A DNA stretch of 63,578 nucleotides, the filler included, from Sanchytrium tribonematis (taxonomy: Eukaryota), in the NCBI GenBank assembly GCA_018985235.1. It is 19 parts of 19 records of this genome, joined end to end, with 100 filler letters (N's around TTAATTAATTAA, not from the genome) between each part and the next. Parts side by side here need not be neighbours in the genome. Positions count along the whole stretch, not along the records: positions 36,802 to 39,164 come from JADGIG010001062.1; positions 39,265 to 41,623 come from JADGIG010001063.1; positions 41,724 to 44,074 come from JADGIG010001064.1; positions 44,175 to 46,523 come from JADGIG010001065.1; positions 46,624 to 48,970 come from JADGIG010001066.1; 14 more parts are not named here. One strand, 5' to 3'. Every line of letters begins with the position of its first letter. Position 1 is the stretch's first letter. The notes beneath the pieces are model-generated. The model ran no database searches, had not been told where the DNA came from, and saw nothing but the letters and a program-made list of their open reading frames with translations. This document shows, in pieces, positions 36,802-47,167 of the stretch. A program made the translations under genes and the position numbers.

Positions 36802-38010
36802 TCCGGGGGGGAGTTGAGTATACTGTCGTAATTACTCACTCAAGTCCCCCGGGGGAGTTGAGCTGGTAAAGACTTTATTAAATGGATCTTTCAAAATATC
36901 ATTAAACTGGTACAAAGCAATGCTAAAAAGAAATGGATTGGTTAACAGATTAACTACACAATCCACTAAAAAAGACAATATGGAATTAGCAAATTCAGCT
37001 GCACAACACATTTATGATGTTAGAAAGAATCTGCAAATTATACGGAAGATAATATTTTATTTATGGATGAAACTGCTATTTGGATGGATGTTGGGAAACC
37101 AAAAACTGTTGCAAATGCAGTCCCTATTTTTAGTGGTTTCAATGAAAAAACAAATATTACATTTATGAATAGGAAAAATGGATCCAAAATTAAACCTTTT
37201 ATTGTAAATGCAACAACAAGAGCAGCTAAATTAGACACTATTGAGATCAAAGAAGATTGTGTTATGGGATATACTAAAAAAGGATGGGTTACTCAATCAT
37301 TATTAATCAAATATCTGAATTACATTTTATCATTTGGAAATGCATTGCTTATTTGGGATCATTGTTCAGCACATGGAGCTTCTAGAACAGAAAATATTAT
37401 GAGTGAATAGTTAGCAAATAAGAAAATCAAATGCTTATATGTTCCAAAAGGTGCAACTGGATATTGCCAAGTAGCAGATGTGGCTATTATTAGGTCTTTA
37501 AAGTGTAATATCAGAAAGTCTATTGAAAACTTTTATACTGAACAATTTATGGGAAAATTCTGAATTGTCAAAAGTACTAATAAAACCACATATTGGTAAT
37601 TTGAGAATATGGATTGTAGAACATTGGAATCAAGTTCCGCTTTCCATTATTGAAAATGGTTTGAAAACATGTCACTACAGTGAAAATATTGGAGATTTGC
37701 ACATGGCAAAAGTGAATGACCTGAGTATTTAATATTAATTTAGATATAGATTTTTTGTTTGACGAAGTCATGGCTTCTTTAGCTGGAGGTCCAGCATATT
37801 CTGGCCCATTTGATTTTTGCGATGATATTGAGATTACTGATGAAGGAATTCCAGTTTTGACTTTGAAAATCAAACTGGAGAGCCAGAAGTGATGATTTAT
37901 TCATTGTTAAGTGAAGAAGAATAAATATATTGATTTGATAGAACATTTATTAATATGGGGGGGACTTGTATTTTCATAGTCAAAATCCTATCCAATTCCC
38001 CACCAGGGTT
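36802..38010 (+). mobile_element. Degenerate pogo/Tigger-type (DDE_1) DNA transposon
   Basis: MDETAIW, LLIWDHCSAH, VPKGATGYCQVADVAI; frameshifts and stops; C/G-run motifs on both sides. Confidence 0.85.
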
Positions 38011-38142
38011 GCACCAAATTTCCTTTACAAAATCCCATTCAAAACACTACCAGATCATTCCTGTGATTGACTACTCCAAAACTCTAAACAATTTAAATTA
38101 CCATCTTCTTCATTACGACATATAGTAATCTAACGTATTTAC

Positions 38143-38230
38143 TTGAATAGAAGGACTACACTATAGCTTACAATAGAACAAAAATAGGGCCAAATATCGA
38201 AACAATAGAATAGGTAGTCCTTCTATTCAA
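38143..38230. repeat. 88-bp element bounded by a perfect 17-bp inverted repeat
   Basis: TTGAATAGAAGGACTAC (38143-38159) and GTAGTCCTTCTATTCAA (38214-38230). Confidence 0.8.
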
Positions 38231-38666
38231 ATACAATGATCAACTTTTTAAAACTTGGTAATAAATAGGCAAGACTTTGTAAATAAGTACAAAGTCAATA
38301 TTATTTATTAAAAATACTTTGATTGGTACTGTAAGACTTTGTAGTTCTATTTAAGTGAACAGATTCTTTTATTTTAACAATATTAATAAATTATATTAAC
38401 AAAACCAACCAGAAAGAAGACAACAAATAGCAAAGATTTCAGGATAATGACAATAGCCGCATTGCATTAGGTTTGTGTTAGATATCTCAAATCTCAAGTG
38501 AAAATTATAGACCGTAATAGTCGCAGGTCATGACGGATGAGTGTTCAAATGCAGATCCTCTACGTATGTAGATACTCAATTTAGTGTTTCTTTTAAATTA
38601 ATTGTTATGTTGTTGTTTAATTTCAAACTTTATTTATTTATTTTATTTATTTCTTTCTTTTGTCAC

Positions 38667-39164
38667 TCATTTTCTACACTTTTGACAATACTTATCATGA
38701 TCTTCACCATAATCCAAACACAATCCATGACCTCTGACACCACATCTACCACACTGGTGCCATTGTGTTGTAAACATTGGCGCGTTGCATTCAATGCAAA
38801 ATACATCAACCTCTTTTACATCAACTGTAGCATGCTCATACATGATTTTAAACATCTCAAAATGTTCATGAATATCTATATTAAAACTGAGTACCCATTT
38901 CCACCACCACTGATTCCACAACATCATCTGCTTCTAAATCAACTACACAAGTTTCATAGCCCTCTTCTTCATTGTCATCAATATCATACTGAATATCAAA
39001 GTGTCTTGGTGGTACAATATTAGATCCGTCTACTGCCCATGTAACTTAATACAATTGACCAATTCTATCATGCTTTGAAATGAACCAGTCTTCAGCATCT
39101 AATCCAAAACCGCAATTATCCGCTACTTTTTTTAACAAATTGGTTGTAATCTTACTTTGAGCAC
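38667..39164 (-). pseudogene. Degenerate acidic region plus PHD-finger C-terminus, probably transposase-associated
   Basis: CIEC...CGRC...HGLC...CQKC (C4HC3); the upstream frame has stops. Confidence 0.55.
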
Positions 39165-39264
39165 NNNNNNNNNNNNNNNNNNNNNNNNNNNNNNNNNNNN
39201 NNNNNNNNTTAATTAATTAANNNNNNNNNNNNNNNNNNNNNNNNNNNNNNNNNNNNNNNNNNNN

Positions 39265-40961
39265 ATCGGGCAAGACTATTGGCTTAAAAGGTGGGCCACA
39301 GCGTACATATCAGTTAATTCATTTAATGATGATGGTTTAGAAGAGAAGAAAACTGTGGATGTCGACTTTTATTTGATTAGCTATATTGCAATAGGACTCG
39401 GAAATATTTTAGTGCAACTACTTTTTTTGGTAATACAATTTTTTGCTTCCATCAAAGCTTCTAGAGAAATACACAAAGTCCTTTTACAGCGAATTTTACG
39501 AGCCCCTGTCTCATTTTTTGACAAAACACCGCTGGGTAGAATTATTAATCGATTTTCGAGCGATATTCAAGTCTTAGATAGGGAAATAAGTTCTGTCTTA
39601 CGCAACTATTTATACGATGGAATTGGTGCAATTAGCATTCTGTTTTTAATCAGTTCAATTACTCCTTTATTTTTAATTGCTGTGATTCCAATAATATTTA
39701 TGTTTTACTATGTCTCATCTTATTATTTAAAGACATCTAGAGAACTTAAGAGATTAGACAGTATCACCAAATCACCAATCTATGCTCAATTTAGTGAAAC
39801 GCTCGCAGGATCTCATGTTATTCGAGCATTCCAAAAGGAGTCGGAATTTATTGCTCAAAATTATACCAAAATTGATACAAATCATCGCGCGTACTTTTAT
39901 TTGTGGGTTTGCAATAGGTGGCTACAAATAAGGACTGATTTCCTCGGTGCTGTTGTTGTTTTTTGTACGGGGCTAGCAATTTTATTGAGCAGTGGGGAAA
40001 TTGATGCTGGTTTAGCAGGATTGAGTCTATCATATGCTTTGACATTTACTGATTTGGTCATGTGGCTTGTCAGATATAATGCCTTGGTGGAAATGAACTT
40101 GAATTCTGTTGAGCGAGTTCGAGAATATATGCAAATTGAACAAGAAGCACCCGCAATCGTCAAATCAGCAAGACCCCATCAAATTGGCCATGGTCTGGAG
40201 AAATTAGGTGCACAAATCTCACAATACACTACGTACCAACTTCTTCACCAGTTTTAAAAGAATTGACATTTTCAATATCATCTCAAGAAAAAATTGGAAT
40301 TGTTGGAAGAACGGGTGCTGGTAAAAGTACTTTAGCTCTGGCTTTCTTTAGATTTGTAGAACCCACAATTGGAAATATTGAGATAGATGGCATTAACAAC
40401 AATTCTATTGGACTTCAAGACTTGAGAAGTGCGTTGACGATTATTCCTCAGGAACCAGTATTATTTAAAGGTACAATCCGATCAAACTTAGACCCTTTTA
40501 ACAAACACGACGACATGCAATTATGGAATGCATTAAAAAGAGTCCATTTTATTAATGAGACTGAAGACGACTCAAGAGAAATAACTTTGGATGTACGGGT
40601 TTTTGAAAATGGTAATAATTTCTCTGTAGGGCAAAAACAATTGCTTAGTTTGGCCAGAGCACTGATCAAGTGTTCCAAATTAATTATAATGGATGAAGCA
40701 ACAGCCAGTATCGACTCGGAGACTGACACTAAAATTCAACAGACCATCCGTACTGAATTTAAAGATTCTACAATTTTATGTATCGCTCATCGATTGAGAA
40801 CTGTCATTGACTTTGATCGTATTATGGTACTTGATCATGGAGAAATAGTTGAATTTAATACTCCATTTACACTGATTATGAAAGATAATGGGTTGTTCAT
40901 GAAAATGTGTAAAGAATCTGGAGATTTTGATTTTTTGAAAAAAAGAGCCACAAAAAGCTAA
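39265..40961 (+). CDS. ABCC/MRP (Ybt1/Ycf1-like) transporter, C-terminal half, 5'-partial, frameshift at 40174-40177
   Basis: FFDKTPLGRIINRFSSD, NSVERVREY, GRTGAGKS, NFSVGQKQ, IMDEATAS, IAHRL. Confidence 0.92.
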
Positions 40962-41029
40962 AAATAATCAAAGAATTCTTTTGTTTATTTTTGATACCCA
41001 ATAAAATTATGTGGAAATGAATATGCAAA

Positions 41030-41623
41030 TTATTTAACCCAATTCAAAGCTCGAAAAGTATCCAAAAAGGAGCACCAACTCACATAGGTCCCTCTCAAAT
41101 GCCGGTCACCCGTAAATGCACGCCTGCCATGTGCAATTCTATTATTCGCAAACACAACTGCTTCATTGTCTTGCAATTTGAATTCAATTAAATTGGACGA
41201 CAAAATCCTTTCATATGCATGCATACTTTTATACCAATTGTTAATTTGCGAGACTGTGGAACCAAATAAAGTGCCTTGAAAGGGAGGACTGTATCTAACT
41301 TGTTGCACCTTTTCATTTTTCATTGTAATTAATGGCCTACTGTATTTTAACCAATGTGAGTCAGAATGGTATTCATAGGTAACATTAAGTCTCGTTAGTT
41401 CGTAATGGTCATCAAATCTTTGCATTACTTCATTTGCAGCATAATGGCAATCCGCAAAAGTATTTGCTCCACCCTCTGCAGAGTTTTCAAGGCAATGTAA
41501 AATTTGAACACCTGGTGGATCTTTAAAATACATCAGATCCATATGGAGACCCAATTCTCCAGCAGTATATGCGACATTAATAGCATTTGTGGTATTTTTG
41601 ACATCCCAGGATTTTCCGTAAAA
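41030..41623 (-). CDS. Gamma-butyrobetaine/TauD-type Fe(II)-2OG dioxygenase, 5'-partial
   Basis: NVAYT...LHMDL...PPGVQILHC, FANNRIAHGR...RHLRGTY. Confidence 0.88.
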   Translation of the reverse strand, partial: FYGKSWDVKNTTNAINVAYTAGELGLHMDLMYFKDPPGVQILHCLENSAEGGANTFADCHYAANEVMQRFDDHYELTRLNVTYEYHSDSHWLKYSRPLITMKNEKVQQVRYSPPFQGTLFGSTVSQINNWYKSMHAYERILSSNLIEFKLQDNEAVVFANNRIAHGRRAFTGDRHLRGTYVSWCSFLDTFRALNWVK

Positions 41624-41723
41624 NNNNNNNNNNNNNNNNNNNNNNNNNNNNNNNNNNNNNNNNNNNNTTAATTAATTAANNNNNNNNNNNNNNNNNNNNN
41701 NNNNNNNNNNNNNNNNNNNNNNN

Positions 41724-41963
41724 CAAACACTTCAAGTAAATGTGCCTCTTGCAGGTGGAAATGTGACTTTTAACGTGCCTACGGCATTAGCAGGAAAGAC
41801 AGCTAGATTGGGAGTTATGAATCTAGAAGGTGGAAAGTCAGAAGTCGTTTTGAGCCCTCCATTGCAAATCAAAAGCGGAGGAAGTCCAAAACAAATTGGA
41901 TCTGCTAGTGTGGTCCACTTTCACTTCACGATCTTAACAATTGGCGCACTTGCCATGTTGTAA
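41724..41963 (+). CDS. C-terminal fragment with hydrophobic GPI-signal-like tail
   Basis: ...GSASVVHFHFTILTIGALAML*. Confidence 0.45.
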   Translation, partial: QTLQVNVPLAGGNVTFNVPTALAGKTARLGVMNLEGGKSEVVLSPPLQIKSGGSPKQIGSASVVHFHFTILTIGALAML

Positions 41964-42286
41964 AATAAATGACGGTACATTCCATGCATCGTAAAAATAA
42001 CTCATGTGACTCCAAAGCAACAAATCGTGAGTCACGATGCCATTCGGCAAATCGAATTTTAAACCGTCTATCAAAGTATTCAATGCAAATGACTATCAAT
42101 TAATGTCCGCTCTGGCTCTACCCTCCCCTAGATGCAGACAAATATTTGCTACATCTGCAATTTGGTGTTCATAAACCATATATCGTTTGGGAAGCACTTT
42201 GCCAAACATCCACATTTAAAGCGTCTTCAAGAAGCAGCGAGAATATTATTTCTTTAAAATATACCAATTTAATTTAATAAAATTTA

Positions 42287-42853
42287 TTAACTAGCAATTT
42301 GTGCATCACCAGCTGTCAATTTTGAATATTTTGTGTTTAATTCTTTGTAATCACTTAATAGCGTGTCGTAATCTTTTCTACCGCTTAGTTCTTTCTCGTA
42401 TCGTGCTACTTTTTGCAACAATGCCGTATAATCTTCATTAGTATGGCTTTGTTCTTCTTTCAATTCTGTCACTTGCTCCAAATCTTCCTCCATTGCAGAA
42501 ATCATTGTCTGCATTCTTAAAATGGAAATACCCATCAATAAAGTAAATCCGGTCAAGTAGAAGTTACGTTGAGCGTAAAACAACTTGGAATTGACAATTG
42601 CATCTAATCCTGGTGATTTTCCAATAGCGTGGTCTTCCTGATGTACTGCAAACATTCTATATGTTGCGTCAACGAATAAAATAGCTATAAATGCACTGGA
42701 AATACGTGCAAAATATAAAACTTGTTGAAATAGAGCAGATTTACCAAACCAAACTAGAAATTGACGTAGTTTGTGGATTGGAGTAAGCAGTAAGATCATG
42801 TAGCATACTTCCATAACGAGAACACCAAAGCATAAATCATGATGTAGAGCCAT
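42287..42853 (-). CDS. BAP31/Yet3-family ER membrane protein
   Basis: ILFVDA, KLFYAQRNFYLTGFTL, coiled-coil tail. Confidence 0.9.
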   Translation of the reverse strand: MALHHDLCFGVLVMEVCYMILLLTPIHKLRQFLVWFGKSALFQQVLYFARISSAFIAILFVDATYRMFAVHQEDHAIGKSPGLDAIVNSKLFYAQRNFYLTGFTLLMGISILRMQTMISAMEEDLEQVTELKEEQSHTNEDYTALLQKVARYEKELSGRKDYDTLLSDYKELNTKYSKLTAGDAQIAS

Positions 42854-42973
42854 TCTTTTTGATAGAAAGAGAAAGGGGTGACTTTTAAACGATTTTTTAA
42901 ATTTAGAGAGCATGTGGCAAATAAATTAGACTGCCCCAAAAAACAGAAAGTGGATAATCAACTCTGGGTTAAT

Positions 42974-43273
42974 TTATTCAGGTCCTCCACTCCATTGGCA
43001 ATCTGATTTTATGCCGGAATAAGCCGGCGCACACAGATAATCTCCCTTATGATTGCAGAACCCTTTCGACGTAGTGATTGATGGATCACTTTTCCCACAA
43101 AATCCGAATGCACTGCAACATTCACTTGGATGGCAAACAAAGACAACATTTGAGTGATAACCCCTAACTTGCTTTATGCTATTGAGTCCGCAATATTTCT
43201 TTGGGTGATATCTCTTAACTAACTTTTCAGTTGTTTTGGTTGTAGCAGCTGTGAGCAGTACTGTGAAGATCAT
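42974..43273 (-). CDS. Small secreted hevein/CBM18-type chitin-binding protein
   Basis: CG...C...CCSAFGFCG...C; short hydrophobic leader. Confidence 0.8.
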   Translation of the reverse strand: MIFTVLLTAATTKTTEKLVKRYHPKKYCGLNSIKQVRGYHSNVVFVCHPSECCSAFGFCGKSDPSITTSKGFCNHKGDYLCAPAYSGIKSDCQWSGGPE

Positions 43274-43487
43274 TGAAAGGGGGGATATAGGATGTAATAA
43301 ACAGGGGGGGGGGGGGGTAAGATCGTATATAAACGATGCGAAGCCAATGAGGAACCGTTTTGCACTTGCTGGTCTTGCTCACACCAATCAATCTATTAAT
43401 TTAATAATCTACTAATCAGATGATAAATTTGGAGTACTAGACTACATGCATCGCTTTTCAAAGTACAATTAATTGGATATTAATTTA

Positions 43488-43742
43488 TTAAGTGTGTGCT
43501 TTTTTATAACAAACTGACTTCGTACCAGAAAACTGTGGTTGGCAATTAGCATTGGTATAAAGCCACTTTAGGCCACAGTATCCGTATTTACTACATGACA
43601 GTTTTTCTGCACACATAAATATGGCATTGATAGGATAAGCACCATCTCGCTTTTTACCTTTGACGTTGTTGGGTCCGCACATACCGTGACGATTTTTGTA
43701 GTATGCTGGAGCAAGAGCATTTACTAGAACGGTGAATATCAT
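43488..43742 (-). CDS. Small secreted hevein/CBM18-type paralog
   Basis: CGP...C...SCSKYGYCG...CQPQFSG..SVC; tandem with the previous gene. Confidence 0.75.
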   Translation of the reverse strand: MIFTVLVNALAPAYYKNRHGMCGPNNVKGKKRDGAYPINAIFMCAEKLSCSKYGYCGLKWLYTNANCQPQFSGTKSVCYKKAHT

Positions 43743-44205
43743 GTAAATATGGAAAACCTTCTCGTTTTTATGCTTTTTAAAATCCTTTAGCCAATAAAAC
43801 CAACTTGGGAAATCTGATGAATGTCTGAGACTCCAATCAGTATTATAGAGATAAATAGTCTATCAGACGACCCAAAACGAATGTTTAATCTGTTTGAATG
43901 GTCTTAAAAGACATTTGGCTCTCACTTCATTTCATCTTTGCAAATTTCAAGGAGTAAACACATCAACAACAAATCTCTTTCAAAATGCCTCTTTATGAAT
44001 TACTCGTCATTACCCGTCTAGATACTACCAAACCACGATTAGCATCTCTCTTAAAATCCACTGCCATGCAAATANNNNNNNNNNNNNNNNNNNNNNNNNN
44101 NNNNNNNNNNNNNNNNNNTTAATTAATTAANNNNNNNNNNNNNNNNNNNNNNNNNNNNNNNNNNNNNNNNNNNNTAAATTGAACGATTCAGAATAATTTA
44201 TTGCT

Positions 44206-45286
44206 TTAAAAACAGCATCTCCACCAAGATTTTTTGGGTTCACTAACTTTTTCCTCCTCTACCGCTTTTTCCACATGGGGCGTCGTTTGCTAAATGAGAA
44301 AAAAATACTTGCAAATCTTTGAAGGCTTGGACTTTGAGCCAATCAAAGTCTAAATTAAGTTTAGTCTCCTTCGAAAATCCACTATTTTGAGTATTTGTAG
44401 ATATAGTGCTTCCGCCACCATTGCTTTTAAGCATGTTATCGAATAATTTGTATAAATATTGGTAATCTGGATCTTCCTCAAAAGCAAGCCTTCTAGCATA
44501 GGTCATGTACTCCGACAATTCTTTAGGTAAATTTGCACATAGCTCAGAAATTGGGGTTGCTTGTTTTTTCTCTCCAATTTTTTCGTACTTTTGCCTATTG
44601 GTAGCAGCTTTAAGACCCTGCCACGGCAATGAGCCTCTCAAAAAGTAAACAAAAACATGTCCCAGTGCCTCTATATCATCTCTTCGACTCTGTTCTCTAC
44701 CCAAATGTGTGTGAATAGACATATACCTAGCAGTGCCACTAAGGGACTTACGCTCCCTGTAAGGAATGTGTTGCTTAGTTCTTGGATCTCTGTAATGTTT
44801 GCACATTCCAAAATCAAGCAAAAATACAATATGTTGGGAAGAACCTCCTGGTCTTCCAATTAAAAAATTATCTGGTTTTATATCTCTATATATTAAATGT
44901 TTGTTGTGAAGCAATTCAATTCTTTTAATCATCTGTATAGCTAAGTACGCCGTTGTTTGTATGGTGAATTGCCTGTTGCACATATCAAATAGATCCTCAA
45001 GACTGGGTCCCAAAAGATCCATGACAAGTACATTATGAACGCCTTCTTGTCCAAAGTAATAGCAACTCGCTATCCCTTCGCATCCTTGTAATAATTTATA
45101 TGTTCTATATTCATCGCGTAGTTGGGGTGCATCGCTTTTTCTATGTTCAAATTTAATAGCGACAAATTGATTATTTGTTAAATTTATACCCTGGTAAATG
45201 ACTCCAAAAGAACCCTCCCCAATTCTTTTAACCACTTTATAATGTATACCTATTATAGAATTTGTAATTTGGTTTTGATTGCTCAT
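44206..45286 (-). CDS. Casein kinase I, Yck1/2/CK1-gamma type, two exons, ending WWRCCF
   Basis: [45 protein letters not shown]; spliced tail ends in the Cys-Cys palmitoylation motif. Confidence 0.95.
44290..44308 (-). other. 19-nt spliceosomal intron GTATTTTTTTCTCATTTAG
   Basis: Removal gives [27 protein letters not shown], the family-typical CC end. Confidence 0.88.
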
Positions 45287-45527
45287 TATTTAGAAAAAAA
45301 TCAAAATTTCAGCAAACGTGTTTCACTAGCCACTTCAAACGATGATCTTTCTCCAAGTGCCAAACTGTTGCATATTTCACAAAACGCTTTTTTAGACACT
45401 CGGTTATTATTATGAAATTATAGTTTAATATAGCGTTTCTGGCAATTGCTATATTACTTCGAAATTGATTTGTTTCAATAGTTTCGATATAAAATTGACT
45501 TAAATTTTTTTAAACTAATTAATTTAT

Positions 45528-46523
45528 TCAAACAGGTGCAATATCAAATAGCATAGAAACACTTTCACCGTGGTGGATTCTTCTTATAGCCTCACTCAAA
45601 AGCCCACTCACGTCAAAGACTTTCAATTTGGGACAACGATCCAAATGTTTAACTTGGGGAACAGAATTGCTTACAATTATTTGATCCAATGGAGAACTGT
45701 TAATTAGATCTATCGCATTGGCACTAAATATTCCATGGGTTACAATTGCATAAACTTTGGAGGCCCCGCTCTCCATTAACAAATGGGCCGCTCTGGTAAT
45801 GGTTTTACATGTGCTTCATTAGATAGAAATACTCTGCCATATCGTCTACTATAATGCAAGTTTTATTTTTAACTTCGCCCACTAGCAGCATATTTTGCCT
45901 AGATTTCGTTGTTTTTTTATGAATCAAAACAAACTCAAGCTCTAAATCCTCTGCTATTGCAGTGGCTCTCTTAGCGCCACCGGCATCCGGTGAGCATATT
46001 ACAGCATTTTTATAATCTTTGATACCTTGGATTTGATGTATCAGCAAAGGCTTGCAATAGAGATTGTCTACCGGAATGTCGAAATATCCTTGAAACTGTG
46101 CATCGTGAAGATCAAGTGTTATAATGTGATCACATCCTGCTGTACTTAAAAGATTCGCAATCAAAGTCCCACTTCTTGCAGTCCATCCACGATAATTAAA
46201 TGGTAAATTTGTAACAGGATCTAGTTCATCTCGACTGGCTGAATTTGAATCCGGTTGCATACCAGATGCCACTCTATGCCTTTCAACATCTTTCGGTAAT
46301 CTTGCATAAGGTCCGTCTGGCTGTCTCGAGTAAAAGAAGTGTGGTATCACAATAATCACCTTGTTAGCAGAAGCAATTTTGCATGAGTGAATCATTATCA
46401 TTAATTCAATAAACGCATCATTTACGTTTTCGGGACAAGTTTGTACAATATAAACCTCTTGGCCTCGAACAGATTGTTTAATTTCAACATTTGTTTCTTG
46501 ATTCTTAAATTTAGTCGATACAA
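45528..46523 (-). CDS. Ribose-phosphate pyrophosphokinase (fungal type with insertion after RQPD), 5'-partial, two exons
   Basis: DLHDAQFQGYFDIPVDNL, SPDAGGAKRA, spliced VDDMADTCKT, THGIFS. Confidence 0.93.
45814..45832 (-). other. 19-nt spliceosomal intron GTATTTCTATCTAATGAAG
   Basis: Removal restores the PRPP-binding loop DDMADT; contains CTAAT. Confidence 0.93.
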
Positions 46524-47167
46524 NNNNNNNNNNNNNNNNNNNNNNNNNNNNNNNNNNNNNNNNNNNNTTAATTAATTAANNNNNNNNNNNNNNNNNNNNN
46601 NNNNNNNNNNNNNNNNNNNNNNNTTACTAATGAAATTGGTTAATGGTATCAAATAGCCTATAGATTTTCCATGAATTATAAGATTTCATGCACTGAATAT
46701 TAAATCGCATGGGCACCACTTCAATTTCGAATATCGATATCAAAATTTGTTTCGTTATCTTTTGGCCGTGAAAGACGCTATCTGCTGTGGGAGTTGCTTT
46801 ATTTAAAATTTTAAATAAAAATTCAAATTTCAAACTTCAATTTCAGTTTTGCATTCTGTATTTCGTTTACTACGTATAACTGAATTTCCAATGAGAAAAA
46901 GGTAAATTATAAACCTGGAGTTTGAATGGATGCAAAATTAAATTTAACAAAATTATTTCCAAAACTATTAATGTATGTAAAACCACAAATTAAGAATAGC
47001 TTAAATTTTTAAATTTAATTAATTTGTTTGAAAGAGAGATCAGGGTCTAGTATTCGTTATGTTTCAAATTGCCTGAAGAAAAAACTACCTCAAAACTGCG
47101 AAACATTCGTGGAGAATATTATCTTATTTGGTGAATAATATGTTTATTCTTTATATTTGTGTTACTT

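Noticed and set aside
43304..43317. G14 homopolymer upstream of a hevein gene
   Set aside because: Simple repeat with no supporting structure
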